Positions 37,733 to 46,201 of a stretch of DNA of 64,000 bases are shown here, one piece after another. Every line of letters begins with the position of its first letter. Position 1 is the first letter of the stretch. Location of the stretch: assembly GCA_034439755.1 (NCBI GenBank), contig JAWXAZ010000122.1:2117-66116 (forward strand), written 5' to 3'. The notes below the pieces were generated by a model, which saw only the letters and a program-made list of their open reading frames with translations, was not told where the DNA came from and did no database searches. Both the position numbers and the translations under genes were made by a program. Origin of the DNA: a bacterium. GTDB taxonomy: Bacteria > Bacteroidota > Bacteroidia > UKL13-3.

Positions 37733-38020
37733 ATGAGATTTGGAGTCGATAAAATTCCCAGTGATTTGCTGATTGATATTGCAAGCAATCACAGAACATT
37801 GAGGAAGCAAATGGGGTATTCTCAAAGCGAGTTGGCAAGGCGTTCTGGGGTTTCATTGGGCAGTTTAAAGCGCTTTGAGTTAAGCGGACAAATATCTTTG
37901 GAATCACTCTTAAAATTGGCTCATCTCTTAGGGCATTTAAACGATTTCGAAAAATTGCTAAACCCAATTCCTAATTTGTCTGAGATTGAAAAATTATTTA
38001 GTGATAAAACCAGAGCCTAA
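37733..38020 (+). CDS. hipB: XRE-family HTH antitoxin, HipB-like
   Basis: HTH segment YSQSELARRSGVSLGSLKRFE. Its stop overlaps the hipA ATG by 1 nt (TAATG). Start set to ATG 37733. Confidence 0.7.
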   Translation: MRFGVDKIPSDLLIDIASNHRTLRKQMGYSQSELARRSGVSLGSLKRFELSGQISLESLLKLAHLLGHLNDFEKLLNPIPNLSEIEKLFSDKTRA

Positions 38021-39240
38021 TGGAGCAAATAAAAAAATTATTGGTATCAATTAGGTTAGCCAATGAAGAAGTCTCTTTAGGCGAGCTGGTAAGTGAAAGC
38101 AAAGGAATTTATTTCAAATATTTTCCAAGTTTTATTGAAAGAGGGATACAGATTTCTCCTTTTAAACTTAAACTTGGTGCAGAAATTAGACAAGCAGATG
38201 CACTGCCATTTGATGGCTTGTTTGGCGTATTTGCCGATTCAATGCCAGACGGTTGGGGCCGATTATTATTGGATAGAGCATTAGCCGAAAAGGGTATTAG
38301 AAACGCTAACTTGTCATTGTTAAATCGTTTGGCATTTGTTGGTAGCAAAGGCATGGGTGCTTTAACATATAGGCCAGAGATGGAAATAGAACATTTGCTG
38401 AGATTTGAATTTGAATTGGATGCTATTGCTTCATCTAGCAAACAAGTTTTGGAAGGATTAGAAAGTAAGGTGATAGATAAATTATTTGCCTTGGGTGGCT
38501 CATCGGGCGGTGCCCGACCAAAGATATTAGTTGCTTTTAATAATATAACAAAAGAGATAATAGGTTCAGACCAAATCTTGCCTATAGGGTTTGAGCACTG
38601 GTTGATAAAATTTCCATCTTCTAACGATAGTATTGACATCGCCAATATAGAATTTTCATATTATAAAATGGCCTTAGATGCAGGTATAGAAATGAGTGAA
38701 TGCCGCTTATTTACTGGCGAATCTAATAAGCAATATTTTGGCACTAAGCGTTTTGATAGAGTTGGAAAATCGTGTATACATATGCATTCAGCAGCTGGAA
38801 TTATGCATGATAATTTTAGGCAAAGTAATTTAGATTATGGTAACCTCATGGATTGTGCCTTTAAACTAGAAAATGATGTAATAGCTTATGAAAAAATATT
38901 GCGTTTGGCAGCCTTTAATGTTTTTGCGCACAACAGAGACGATCATAGTAAAAACTTTTCATTTTTGATGAATTCCGATGGCATTTGGCGCGCTGCACCA
39001 GCTTATGATTTAACATTTTCTTCATCGAGTCATGGCATGCACAGCACCATGATTGCCGGTGAGAGCGCCAACCCCACCAAAAAAAATTTAATAGATTTAG
39101 GCAGATATTTTAAAGTAAATAATTCGAAAAAAATCATTGATCAGGTTTACAACGTGGTACAAAATTGGCGCTTTTACGCAGAAAAATCTGGGGTTGGAAA
39201 ACAATCTATAAAAAGAATTGAATCGGTAATTGTCAAGTGA
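38020..39240 (+). CDS. hipA: Type II toxin HipA-family serine/threonine kinase
   Basis: 406 aa. P-loop-like GGSSGGARPK, catalytic HNRDDHSKNFSF, and a HipA N-terminal coupling region. Confidence 0.85.
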   Translation: MEQIKKLLVSIRLANEEVSLGELVSESKGIYFKYFPSFIERGIQISPFKLKLGAEIRQADALPFDGLFGVFADSMPDGWGRLLLDRALAEKGIRNANLSLLNRLAFVGSKGMGALTYRPEMEIEHLLRFEFELDAIASSSKQVLEGLESKVIDKLFALGGSSGGARPKILVAFNNITKEIIGSDQILPIGFEHWLIKFPSSNDSIDIANIEFSYYKMALDAGIEMSECRLFTGESNKQYFGTKRFDRVGKSCIHMHSAAGIMHDNFRQSNLDYGNLMDCAFKLENDVIAYEKILRLAAFNVFAHNRDDHSKNFSFLMNSDGIWRAAPAYDLTFSSSSHGMHSTMIAGESANPTKKNLIDLGRYFKVNNSKKIIDQVYNVVQNWRFYAEKSGVGKQSIKRIESVIVK

Positions 39241-39410
39241 AGCTATAATTATCGAACTTAAAATGTATTATAAATGGGGAAAGGACAGTTAGAGTCTGCT
39301 CAACAACTCAGCTTCAAAAGTTTACTGTCAAAAAGCTGTGTAAATAGCAGCAATATTTGTATAAAAAAGTCCAACAAGGAAAGCCTCGTTGAATTACAAT
39401 CATTTATTCG

Positions 39411-39434
39411 ATTCAGCATTTTTTAATGCTGAAT
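39411..39434. terminator. Hairpin between convergent hipA and OMP genes
   Basis: Perfect 10-bp stem ATTCAGCATT/AATGCTGAAT with loop TTTT. The flanking T-run is weak. Confidence 0.45.
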
Positions 39435-39439
39435 TTGGG

Positions 39440-40153
39440 TTAAAGAAATACCAAGCTTTTTGGGCATTTAATTCTCTTAGCTCTCGGGGGATGATTTTTA
39501 CCCAAATTACCCAGTGAAAATGAAATGCCCACACTGTGATTCCAAAATTGATCATTTATTGAATTCATCGTTGATACTTTACCATCTCCTGCATCGCTTG
39601 TTGTATAAGCGTAATTGCTTTGAAGGTTTATCCCAATATACTTCGATATTCTAATAATCATACCCACGCCTAGTGCAACATTTATTTCATTCATGGCAGT
39701 ATCATTCTGTGCAGGGAGGTTTACGTTGCGATATCCCAAGCCAGACACAACAAAAGGAGTTAGAAGACCATCACGGATAGTTGCAAATTTCCATTTAATA
39801 TGAAGATCAACAGCATCTATTCTACGAAAGAAAAAAGTTGAGCCACTTAAGTTATGGTATCCCCATTCGCCATGAGAATAGCTCAGAGCTAAATCAAAAC
39901 GTTTATTGATATACCGATTTATCGAAAATCCAGAAAAGCCTGGTTCGTTTGTTTGAATAAGTGTATTGTCTGCATCATAAAAGTTATTTGACAGTAAAGA
40001 AAAATGAAAAAAACCATTGCCCAAATCTCCATTATATTCGCTAATCCCGACATGTACACCAAGGGCCCAAGGATATTCGGCCGTTTGCGAGTTTGAAATT
40101 AAGGGTAGAAAAAAACATAGGCTTGCTGATAAATTGAAAGCCAACTTTTTCAT
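39440..40153 (-). CDS. Outer-membrane beta-barrel protein (hypothetical)
   Basis: Start moved to MKKLAFNLSASLCFFLPLISNSQT (signal peptide). Alternating hydrophobic beta-strand pattern and a C-terminal aromatic-rich strand. Confidence 0.55.
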   Translation of the reverse strand: MKKLAFNLSASLCFFLPLISNSQTAEYPWALGVHVGISEYNGDLGNGFFHFSLLSNNFYDADNTLIQTNEPGFSGFSINRYINKRFDLALSYSHGEWGYHNLSGSTFFFRRIDAVDLHIKWKFATIRDGLLTPFVVSGLGYRNVNLPAQNDTAMNEINVALGVGMIIRISKYIGINLQSNYAYTTSDAGDGKVSTMNSINDQFWNHSVGISFSLGNLGKNHPPRAKRIKCPKSLVFL

Positions 40154-40352
40154 ACCATTTGTTATTATAGAAACACGATGCAATTTAGTGCTAAAAGACA
40201 TCTAAGCTTTTACAAATGATTGGGATTCTTTGTTGTATTTCCCACATATCTACAGCTCATATTAATGAGGTATTCTATATGAAGGTTCATGTTGGCTACT
40301 TCGTTACCGTATTTGTATGTCGGTATAAACTTCTCGCCCACTAAAAACGGGA

Positions 40353-40372
40353 AAGGCACCCGAAGGTGCCTT
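40353..40372 (-). terminator. Terminator hairpin after tRNA-Arg
   Basis: AAGGCACC-CGAA-GGTGCCTT, followed on the minus strand by TCCCGTTTTT. Confidence 0.65.
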
Positions 40373-40448
40373 GGTAGTCCCTGAAGGACTCGAACCTTCG
40401 ACCTACGGTTTAGAAAACCGTTGCTCTATCCAGCTGAGCTAAGAGACC
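40372..40448 (-). tRNA. tRNA-Arg (anticodon TCT), CCA encoded
   Basis: The reverse complement GGTCTCTTAGCTCAGCTGGATAGAGCAACGGTTTTCTAAACCGTAGGTCGAAGGTTCGAGTCCTTCAGGGACTACCA forms a cloverleaf with anticodon stem ACGGT/ACCGT and loop TTTCTAA. Confidence 0.9.
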
Positions 40449-40559
40449 TGGAAAATGAGTGGCAAAATAAGCCTATTTCATGCGCTTTCGCAATGTTTTT
40501 TTTACTTACACAAAATTTTAACAGCCGTCAATGGCCTTTTGGCCTCATGTTCAAGCTCC

Positions 40560-41792
40560 TTATTTACATTGTTGCATTCTAAATTTAATCAGAAATGAAG
40601 ATGCCAAGGTTATTAATCCAATAAAAAGAATGGCATATTCTAGGTTCCAAATATCAGAAATTACACCTGTTATTAATGCGCCAACAGCATAACCTAGGTC
40701 TCGCCAAAACCTAAATACCCCCATACTTTTTGGCCTGTCTATGGGATGTGTTTGCTCTGCAATACCCGCCAAAAAGGTGGGATAGACCAAAGCCGTTCCA
40801 ATACCCAAGCCAAATGCCAACAATTCAAAATGCCAATATAAACTTGCGCCTGGCATAAATAAAATACTAATAGCTTGCAACAACATACCCAAAAACAGCA
40901 ACTTTTTCTTGCAAATTCTATCGGCCAAAAAGCCCGTAAACAATTGCCCAATGCCCCAAACCGCTGGATAAATACCTACAATTATTCCAACCGAAGTTAA
41001 ATCAAATCCTTTCGCAATTAATACCATCGGAAAAATGCCCCAAACCATCCCATCATTTAAATTATTGACCAATCCAGCTTGGGTTATTGAACTTAAATTT
41101 TTATCGGTCCAGGTAGTGGTCCAAAATACATTTTTTGAACGCAATATTGTACTCTCACTCCCCTCAAGTATTGCATGGCTATGGGTATCCTTTACAAGGA
41201 AAATAGAAGCAAGCAAACCCAATACCAGCAAGCCTATTCCAATGTAAAAAGGATAAGGGCGCAAGCCATACTCCGTGGCAATATATCCTGTAAAAAAAGC
41301 CACTAAAGCAATGGAAAGATAGCCCGCAAATTCATTTAACCCCATGGCCAATCCACGTTGCTTCGACCCTACTAAATCAATCTTCATTAACACCGTGCTG
41401 CTCCATGCCAAACCTTGATTAATGCCCAACAAAACATTAGCCGCCACTATCCAATTCCACGAGGGCGCAAACATAAGCATGAAGGGAATTGGAATGGCAA
41501 TTACCCAACCCATCACCAATAGCTTTTTACGTCCAAATAGGTTGGCCAAAGTACCCGTTAACAAATTGGTAAACGCTTTAACCAATCCAAAAACTACAAT
41601 AAAAGAAAGCACGGCCAACTTAGCCGATAAAGCAAATTCTTGAACAGCAATTTGAGGCAAAATACTCCGCTCCATCCCTACCATTCCACCCACAAAAGCA
41701 TTGATGAGAACCAGCAAAAAAAACTGTTTCCAATTCTCTTTCAAACCCAATTTTGGTTCAGCCAAAACCCCATGCGTTTCCTTTGTCTTCAT
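40560..41792 (-). CDS. MFS transporter
   Basis: About 12 hydrophobic helices and a GRKK loop motif. ATG 41792 preferred to the upstream TTG. Confidence 0.8.
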   Translation of the reverse strand: MKTKETHGVLAEPKLGLKENWKQFFLLVLINAFVGGMVGMERSILPQIAVQEFALSAKLAVLSFIVVFGLVKAFTNLLTGTLANLFGRKKLLVMGWVIAIPIPFMLMFAPSWNWIVAANVLLGINQGLAWSSTVLMKIDLVGSKQRGLAMGLNEFAGYLSIALVAFFTGYIATEYGLRPYPFYIGIGLLVLGLLASIFLVKDTHSHAILEGSESTILRSKNVFWTTTWTDKNLSSITQAGLVNNLNDGMVWGIFPMVLIAKGFDLTSVGIIVGIYPAVWGIGQLFTGFLADRICKKKLLFLGMLLQAISILFMPGASLYWHFELLAFGLGIGTALVYPTFLAGIAEQTHPIDRPKSMGVFRFWRDLGYAVGALITGVISDIWNLEYAILFIGLITLASSFLIKFRMQQCK

Positions 41793-41846
41793 ATAAAACA
41801 AAGGTCATTTTAAGCTAAATCAAATCCTTTAACATTTGATAAATAA

Positions 41847-42410
41847 TTAACGCACCTTGTTGCGAATGCGGCTTAAACTAACTTGAGTAATGCCAAGGTA
41901 AGAAGCAATGTGCTTTAGCGGAATCCGCTTCACAATATTGGTAGCCAAAAGTAAATCTTGGTACCGCTCCTCGGCACTGTGAAATTGAATGCGCTCCATG
42001 CGCCTAATAGTCTTTACATAAGAAGCCTCAAAAATCAATCGAAACAAGCGCTCCACCAAGGGAAACCGATCATATAACTGACTTAATTGTGTTGCATTAA
42101 TGGCAATAATTTCGGCGTTCTCCAATATTTGAATGGCCTTTTGCGAAGGTTCGCCTGTAAACAAACTTTCTAAGCGCGCTATTAAATCGCCCTCAAATGC
42201 AAAGTATTCTGTAATATCTACGCCATCTTTATAGTAAAAAATGCGGGCCACCCCAGACTTCAAAAAGTATAAGGTTTTGCAAGTATGTCCAAACGCTTGT
42301 AATAGCTCGTTCTTTTTGGCGGTCTGAACCAAACACGTTTGCGCAAGGGCCTTCTTAGCATCCTCTGGCAAACGAACAAGGGTATCGAAATAGGCAAAAA
42401 GTTGCTCCAC
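41847..42410 (-). CDS. Crp/Fnr-family transcriptional regulator
   Basis: 187 aa with a cNMP-binding-like beta-roll and C-terminal HTH (IASYLGITQVSLSRIR). Confidence 0.8.
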   Translation of the reverse strand: MEQLFAYFDTLVRLPEDAKKALAQTCLVQTAKKNELLQAFGHTCKTLYFLKSGVARIFYYKDGVDITEYFAFEGDLIARLESLFTGEPSQKAIQILENAEIIAINATQLSQLYDRFPLVERLFRLIFEASYVKTIRRMERIQFHSAEERYQDLLLATNIVKRIPLKHIASYLGITQVSLSRIRNKVR

Positions 42411-42596
42411 GTTTGTTTGAATTATTATTTATTTGCACCGCCAATTATTGTTATCTGTTTTAACCAAAGTAATACACGAAATTAGTGCTTTTTCTTCAAA
42501 ATGTTAAGGTATCAAAAAAGAATGAACAAGCTATTGATTTAGTTTAATTAACTTGCACGTCTATCAGCATGAGTATTGGTTAGAACCGAAAAAATT

Positions 42597-43304
42597 ATGA
42601 AAATTGAAATTTGGAGTGATGTAATGTGCCCATTTTGCTACATAGGCAAAAGGAAATTTGAGGTGGCTTTGGAAAAATTTGCGCACAAAGATGAAGTGGA
42701 AATTATTTGGAAAAGCTATCAATTAAATCCCAATATGGTGGATCAGCCAAACAAGGATGTGTACGAATATTTAGCAGAGGTTAAGGGACAATCGAGGGAT
42801 TGGTCAATAAAGATGCACCAATCTGTTGTGACTTCTGCGGCCGAAGTTGGCCTAGATTATCGTTTTGACATTGCAAAAGTTGCCAATTCGTTTGATGCGC
42901 ATAGGCTAATTCAACTGGCTAAAAAACACAACTTAGGAGGTGCCATGGAGGAGCGATTGTTTAAGGCATATTTTACAGAAGGGGCCTTAATTAGCGATGC
43001 CAATATCCTAACAAAATTGGGCACAGAAATTGGCCTAAAGGAGGCAGAAGTGAAGCAGGTTTTGGCTGGAGATGAATTTGCCCAAGAAGTTCAACTCGAT
43101 GCCTATGAGGCGCAGCAAATGGGTTGCAGTGGTGTGCCATTTTTTGTATTCAATCGTAAAATGGCGGTGCCAGGTGCGGTGGATAGTGCGGTATTTTCGG
43201 AGGTATTGGAGGAGGCCTATCAAGAATGGATGAAGGATAATTCTACCTTAAAGTTTGACCAAAAAGACGGTGCCATTTGTACGCCCGAGGGCGATTGTAA
43301 ATAA
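42597..43304 (+). CDS. DsbA-family thiol oxidoreductase (FrnE-like)
   Basis: MKIEIWSDVMCPFCYIG contains the CPFC active site. ATG 42597 preferred. Confidence 0.8.
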   Translation: MKIEIWSDVMCPFCYIGKRKFEVALEKFAHKDEVEIIWKSYQLNPNMVDQPNKDVYEYLAEVKGQSRDWSIKMHQSVVTSAAEVGLDYRFDIAKVANSFDAHRLIQLAKKHNLGGAMEERLFKAYFTEGALISDANILTKLGTEIGLKEAEVKQVLAGDEFAQEVQLDAYEAQQMGCSGVPFFVFNRKMAVPGAVDSAVFSEVLEEAYQEWMKDNSTLKFDQKDGAICTPEGDCK

Positions 43305-43404
43305 GATTATAATTTGGAATCAAAGCTGCTTTGCCCAACTTAATGGCTCTATTACAGATTTGCTTTCGGTATAATTGAGTAATTGTGCGTATTTTTGCTT
43401 CATT

Positions 43405-43758
43405 ATGTCAGAAAAAATAACACCTTGCCCTATTTGCAAATGCGAATATACCTATGCAATGGATCATTTAATGGTTTGTGCGGAATGTGCGCATGAATGG
43501 AACCAAGAGGAAGCCGAGAATGAGGAGAAGGCATCATCTGCGGGGTTAATTGTAAAGGATGCCCATGGCAATTTGCTGCAAGATGGCGACTCGGTGAGCA
43601 TCATAAAAGATTTGCCTGTAAAAGGCTTTTCTAGATCTATAAAAGTGGGTACCAAGATAAATAACATAAGATTAGTTGCTGGCGATCATAATATAGATTG
43701 CAAAGTGGGAGAATTTGGCGCCATGGCGCTAAAGAGCGAATTTGTGAAGAAGGTTTAA
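43405..43758 (+). CDS. Zinc-ribbon protein PhnA/YjdM family
   Basis: [10 protein letters not shown]...CAECAHEW zinc ribbon plus C-terminal [15 protein letters not shown]...[24 protein letters not shown]. Confidence 0.88.
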   Translation: MSEKITPCPICKCEYTYAMDHLMVCAECAHEWNQEEAENEEKASSAGLIVKDAHGNLLQDGDSVSIIKDLPVKGFSRSIKVGTKINNIRLVAGDHNIDCKVGEFGAMALKSEFVKKV

Positions 43759-43795
43759 TGGTATAAACTTCTTTCCTAGAAATTAGTTCAAAACC

Positions 43796-43803
43796 TATAT
43801 TTG
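43796..43803 (+). promoter_or_regulatory. Candidate -7 box (TATATTTG) for the disrupted IPT/FG-GAP gene
   Basis: TAnnTTTG match 22 nt upstream of ATG 43826, which argues that ATG 43826 is the ancestral start. Confidence 0.45.
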
Positions 43804-43825
43804 TTTTTAAATATCCTAATTACCT

Positions 43826-45150
43826 ATGAAAACAGGCTTTTTATTTTTTTTTGGCAATTTACCTATTTGTTTCTATCCCAAATGTAAAGGCACAAATGCC
43901 CAGCATTACAGGCTTTGCTCCTGCGGCAGCACACCCACGTGCTATTTTAACTATTTATTACAGGCTTTGCTCCTGCGGCGGCATACCCACGTGCTATTTT
44001 AACTATTTATTACAGGCTTTGCTCCTGCGGCGGCATACCCACGTGCTATTTTAACTATTTATGGTACAAATTTAAACGTTGGCACAGGGGCTAGGCATGT
44101 ATTTGTGGGCAATGTAAAGGCCCAGGTGATAAGTGTTAGTTCAGATTCTATAAAAGTACGTGTGCCTTTTGGTGCCATTGTGGGGCCAATAGCTTTAAGT
44201 GCCAATAACAAAACTGTATGTAGTAATTTACATTTTGTACCCACCTATCCGGCCAGCACGGCCACCCCTAGCAACTTAAATTTCTGGCCCACCGAAGGCG
44301 ATGTAAACATTGCTCAAATTGGTATGAGAAATGACGTCGCTTATAAAAGTGGCGATATGGATAATGATGGAAAAGTGGATTTGTGCACTAAATTAGAAAT
44401 TTTGAACTACCCAAGTACCCTAATTTATGACCCTTATTACGTTAAATTAAGGCTTTTTAAGAACAATAGTAACAATACAGGTGGTCTTAGTAATGCTAAT
44501 TTTGATAACCCAATAGATTTTATTGCTGATAGCTCTGTAACAGGAAAGTTTAATTAAATTAGTGATTTTGAAATAGGTGATATTAATAGCGATGGAAATT
44601 TAGATTTGGTAGCAAGAACAGACTCTGGGGTGGTGTTTTTTATTAATAAAGGCTTAGGTATTTCTGCTACTCTGTTTACGCGAGTTTTAATTCAAAATCC
44701 AGACCTAGACAAAAAACCAACAAATATTTTGAATAAAAATGCTTTGGTATTAAAAGATTTTGATGCAAATGGCAAACTAGATGTTTTGGTAACTACACCT
44801 AATAAATTAATTATTTTAGTTAACAATTCAATTTCATCCTCCATTACTCAATCTAGTTTTCAAATAAAAACAATTAAAAGCTTACCATATTCAAGTATTG
44901 GGTGGACAGTATGTTCAGACGATTTAACAAATGATTCAAAACCAGATATAGTATATAATAATGTTTCTGTTACTACCGATTCAATTTTCATTTTACAAAA
45001 TGACTTTGGAACTTCATCACCTATTCTAGATTCTAACTCATTTTTAGGCCCTATTATTTCAAGATATTTAGGTGCCCCACGTTTTTCCAAAATAGAAGAT
45101 TTTAATCAAGATGGGTCTCTTGATTTGGCAACTAGTTTCAACTCAAACAA
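43826..45150 (+). pseudogene. Disrupted secreted IPT/TIG + FG-GAP repeat protein gene
   Basis: ATG 43826 is out of frame with the signal peptide (T9 run at 43844-43852). A 52-bp x3 duplication sits inside the IPT domain. An in-frame TAA lies at 44555-44557 (KFN*ISDFEIGDINSDGNLDL). FG-GAP repeats end abruptly near 45140-45155, where a minus-strand toxin stump begins. Confidence 0.75.
43905..44060 (+). repeat. Perfect-register 52-bp tandem triplication inside coding sequence
   Basis: Units are 43905-43956, 43957-44008 and 44009-44060 (ATTACAGGCTTTGCTCCTGCGGC(A/G)GCA(C/T)ACCCACGTGCTATTTTAACTATTT). Copies 2 and 3 are identical and copy 1 differs at two positions. Confidence 0.95.
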
Positions 45151-45227
45151 ACTTGGCCTTCAAAGTAATATGCTACTCCCTCAAAAGTTGCTTCTGCTTC
45201 ACTTGTCCACCTTACTTGTTTAGCCAT
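45138..45227 (-). pseudogene. 5' stump (about 25-30 codons) of a RelE/ParE-type toxin gene
   Basis: MAKQVRWTSEAEATFEGVAYYFEGQ... starts 16 nt inside the upstream antitoxin-like ORF. It then meets the truncated FG-GAP gene and a stop at 45138-45140. Confidence 0.45.
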
Positions 45228-45445
45228 TTCTTATATTTTTTCATTGCCACAGAATGAGGACGGGTTTCGCCTTGTTGAGATTGTTTTAATCCTCTTTCAA
45301 CAGAAGCCTGAATTGGTTCTGGTAATTCCTCAAACCAATTATCCGGTTGGCTCTCAAATATAGATTTGATATAGGTAATGATTTCCTTATTGTCTGTATT
45401 CAGTATCTTCTTCGCTAAATCTACTTTTGCGGTTGCTATATTCAT
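45212..45445 (-). CDS. Small antitoxin-like protein (orphaned partner of the truncated toxin)
   Basis: Intact 77-aa ORF with translationally coupled overlap to the toxin stump. Family assignment is not secure. Confidence 0.45.
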   Translation of the reverse strand: MNIATAKVDLAKKILNTDNKEIITYIKSIFESQPDNWFEELPEPIQASVERGLKQSQQGETRPHSVAMKKYKKWLNK

Positions 45446-45469
45446 GGGTGACCTTATTATTTCCTCAAA

Positions 45470-45762
45470 TTTACGAAATTTTCATGTGTTTCTCATCCAA
45501 GTGGGTGAAACTTCTTGATCAGCTCTCTTTGGTTGTCAACAGAAGTATGGCTATACATGAAGGTAGTCTATATTCATTCATGTTTAACAACACTTGCACG
45601 GCTATTCTTGATGGCACGTTCCGTATTAAAATCTCTTACAATTTCTGACGGCTTTTTCCAAACCAATGGACTTACATCATGATACCATTTTTCCAGCGTT
45701 TCTTTACTATCACCATGCTTAGTATAAAAATCTATTAGCTTGCTTTTGTTAGGTATATTCAT
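45470..45762 (-). pseudogene. Frameshifted HigB-like toxin gene
   Basis: MNIPNKSKLIDFYTKHGDSKETLEKWYHDVSPLVWKKPSEIVRDFNTERAIKNSR resembles the HigB_toxin N-terminal half. The expected continuation (..LLNMNEYRL..) is in another frame and further stops follow. Confidence 0.5.
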
Positions 45763-45800
45763 TTCAAATTTCAGCAACCACAATACAAAGACAATAAAAA

Positions 45801-45817
45801 GTAACCAATTTGGTTAC
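45801..45817. promoter_or_regulatory. Perfect palindrome GTAACCAA-T-TTGGTTAC upstream of the HigB-like gene (possible TA operator)
   Basis: 8-bp arms, 39-55 nt upstream of ATG 45762 on the minus strand. Confidence 0.3.
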
Positions 45818-46201
45818 AATCCCAAAAATATTTCCAATCCTATTAAACAAATAAAGGCTCACCCATAAGAGGATGAAGCTTTCAGCAATGTTCAGAAGAA
45901 CTTTACCCCAACGGGTGAAACCTATTAATCATTTCCCGTTGTTCGTCAATTGATACCTGTCTATAGGGTAAGGTTAACGATGTAATTTACCAAAATATTT
46001 TTGATGTTTACCACCTAATGTTATTAAAAATTGTTCTCCTACTTGACCTGTTGCACCAATTACTTTGCTTGTAACTTTCGTTGTAATTTTTTCAGTTATT
46101 ACTACTGCTTTCTCAATTGCAATAACTGGTTTGGTTTATTGGTAGCTTCTATATAACCAACTTGCTCCTTTTAATAATAAAGCACCTGCAGCTTCACTAT
46201 T

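Noticed and set aside
38109-38645. 178-aa minus-strand ORF
   Set aside because: It is antisense to hipA, whose kinase motifs are unambiguous. No independent support exists.
42318-42332. Neisseria-derived DNA or contamination, because GCGGTCTGAA is one mismatch from the Neisseria DUS GCCGTCTGAA
   Set aside because: All surrounding genes, promoters (TAnnTTTG) and T9SS signals are Bacteroidota-like. The word is spread through native housekeeping genes. The exact Neisseria 10-mer was not seen.
43826-44105. Idea that the T9 frameshift (+1) and the two extra 52-bp units (+104) compensate, since they sum to a multiple of 3, and leave the IPT/FG-GAP gene intact
   Set aside because: ATG 43826 and the downstream domain are indeed in the same frame, but reading that frame through the duplicated units meets TAA at 44000-44002. 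A further in-frame TAA lies at 44555-44557.
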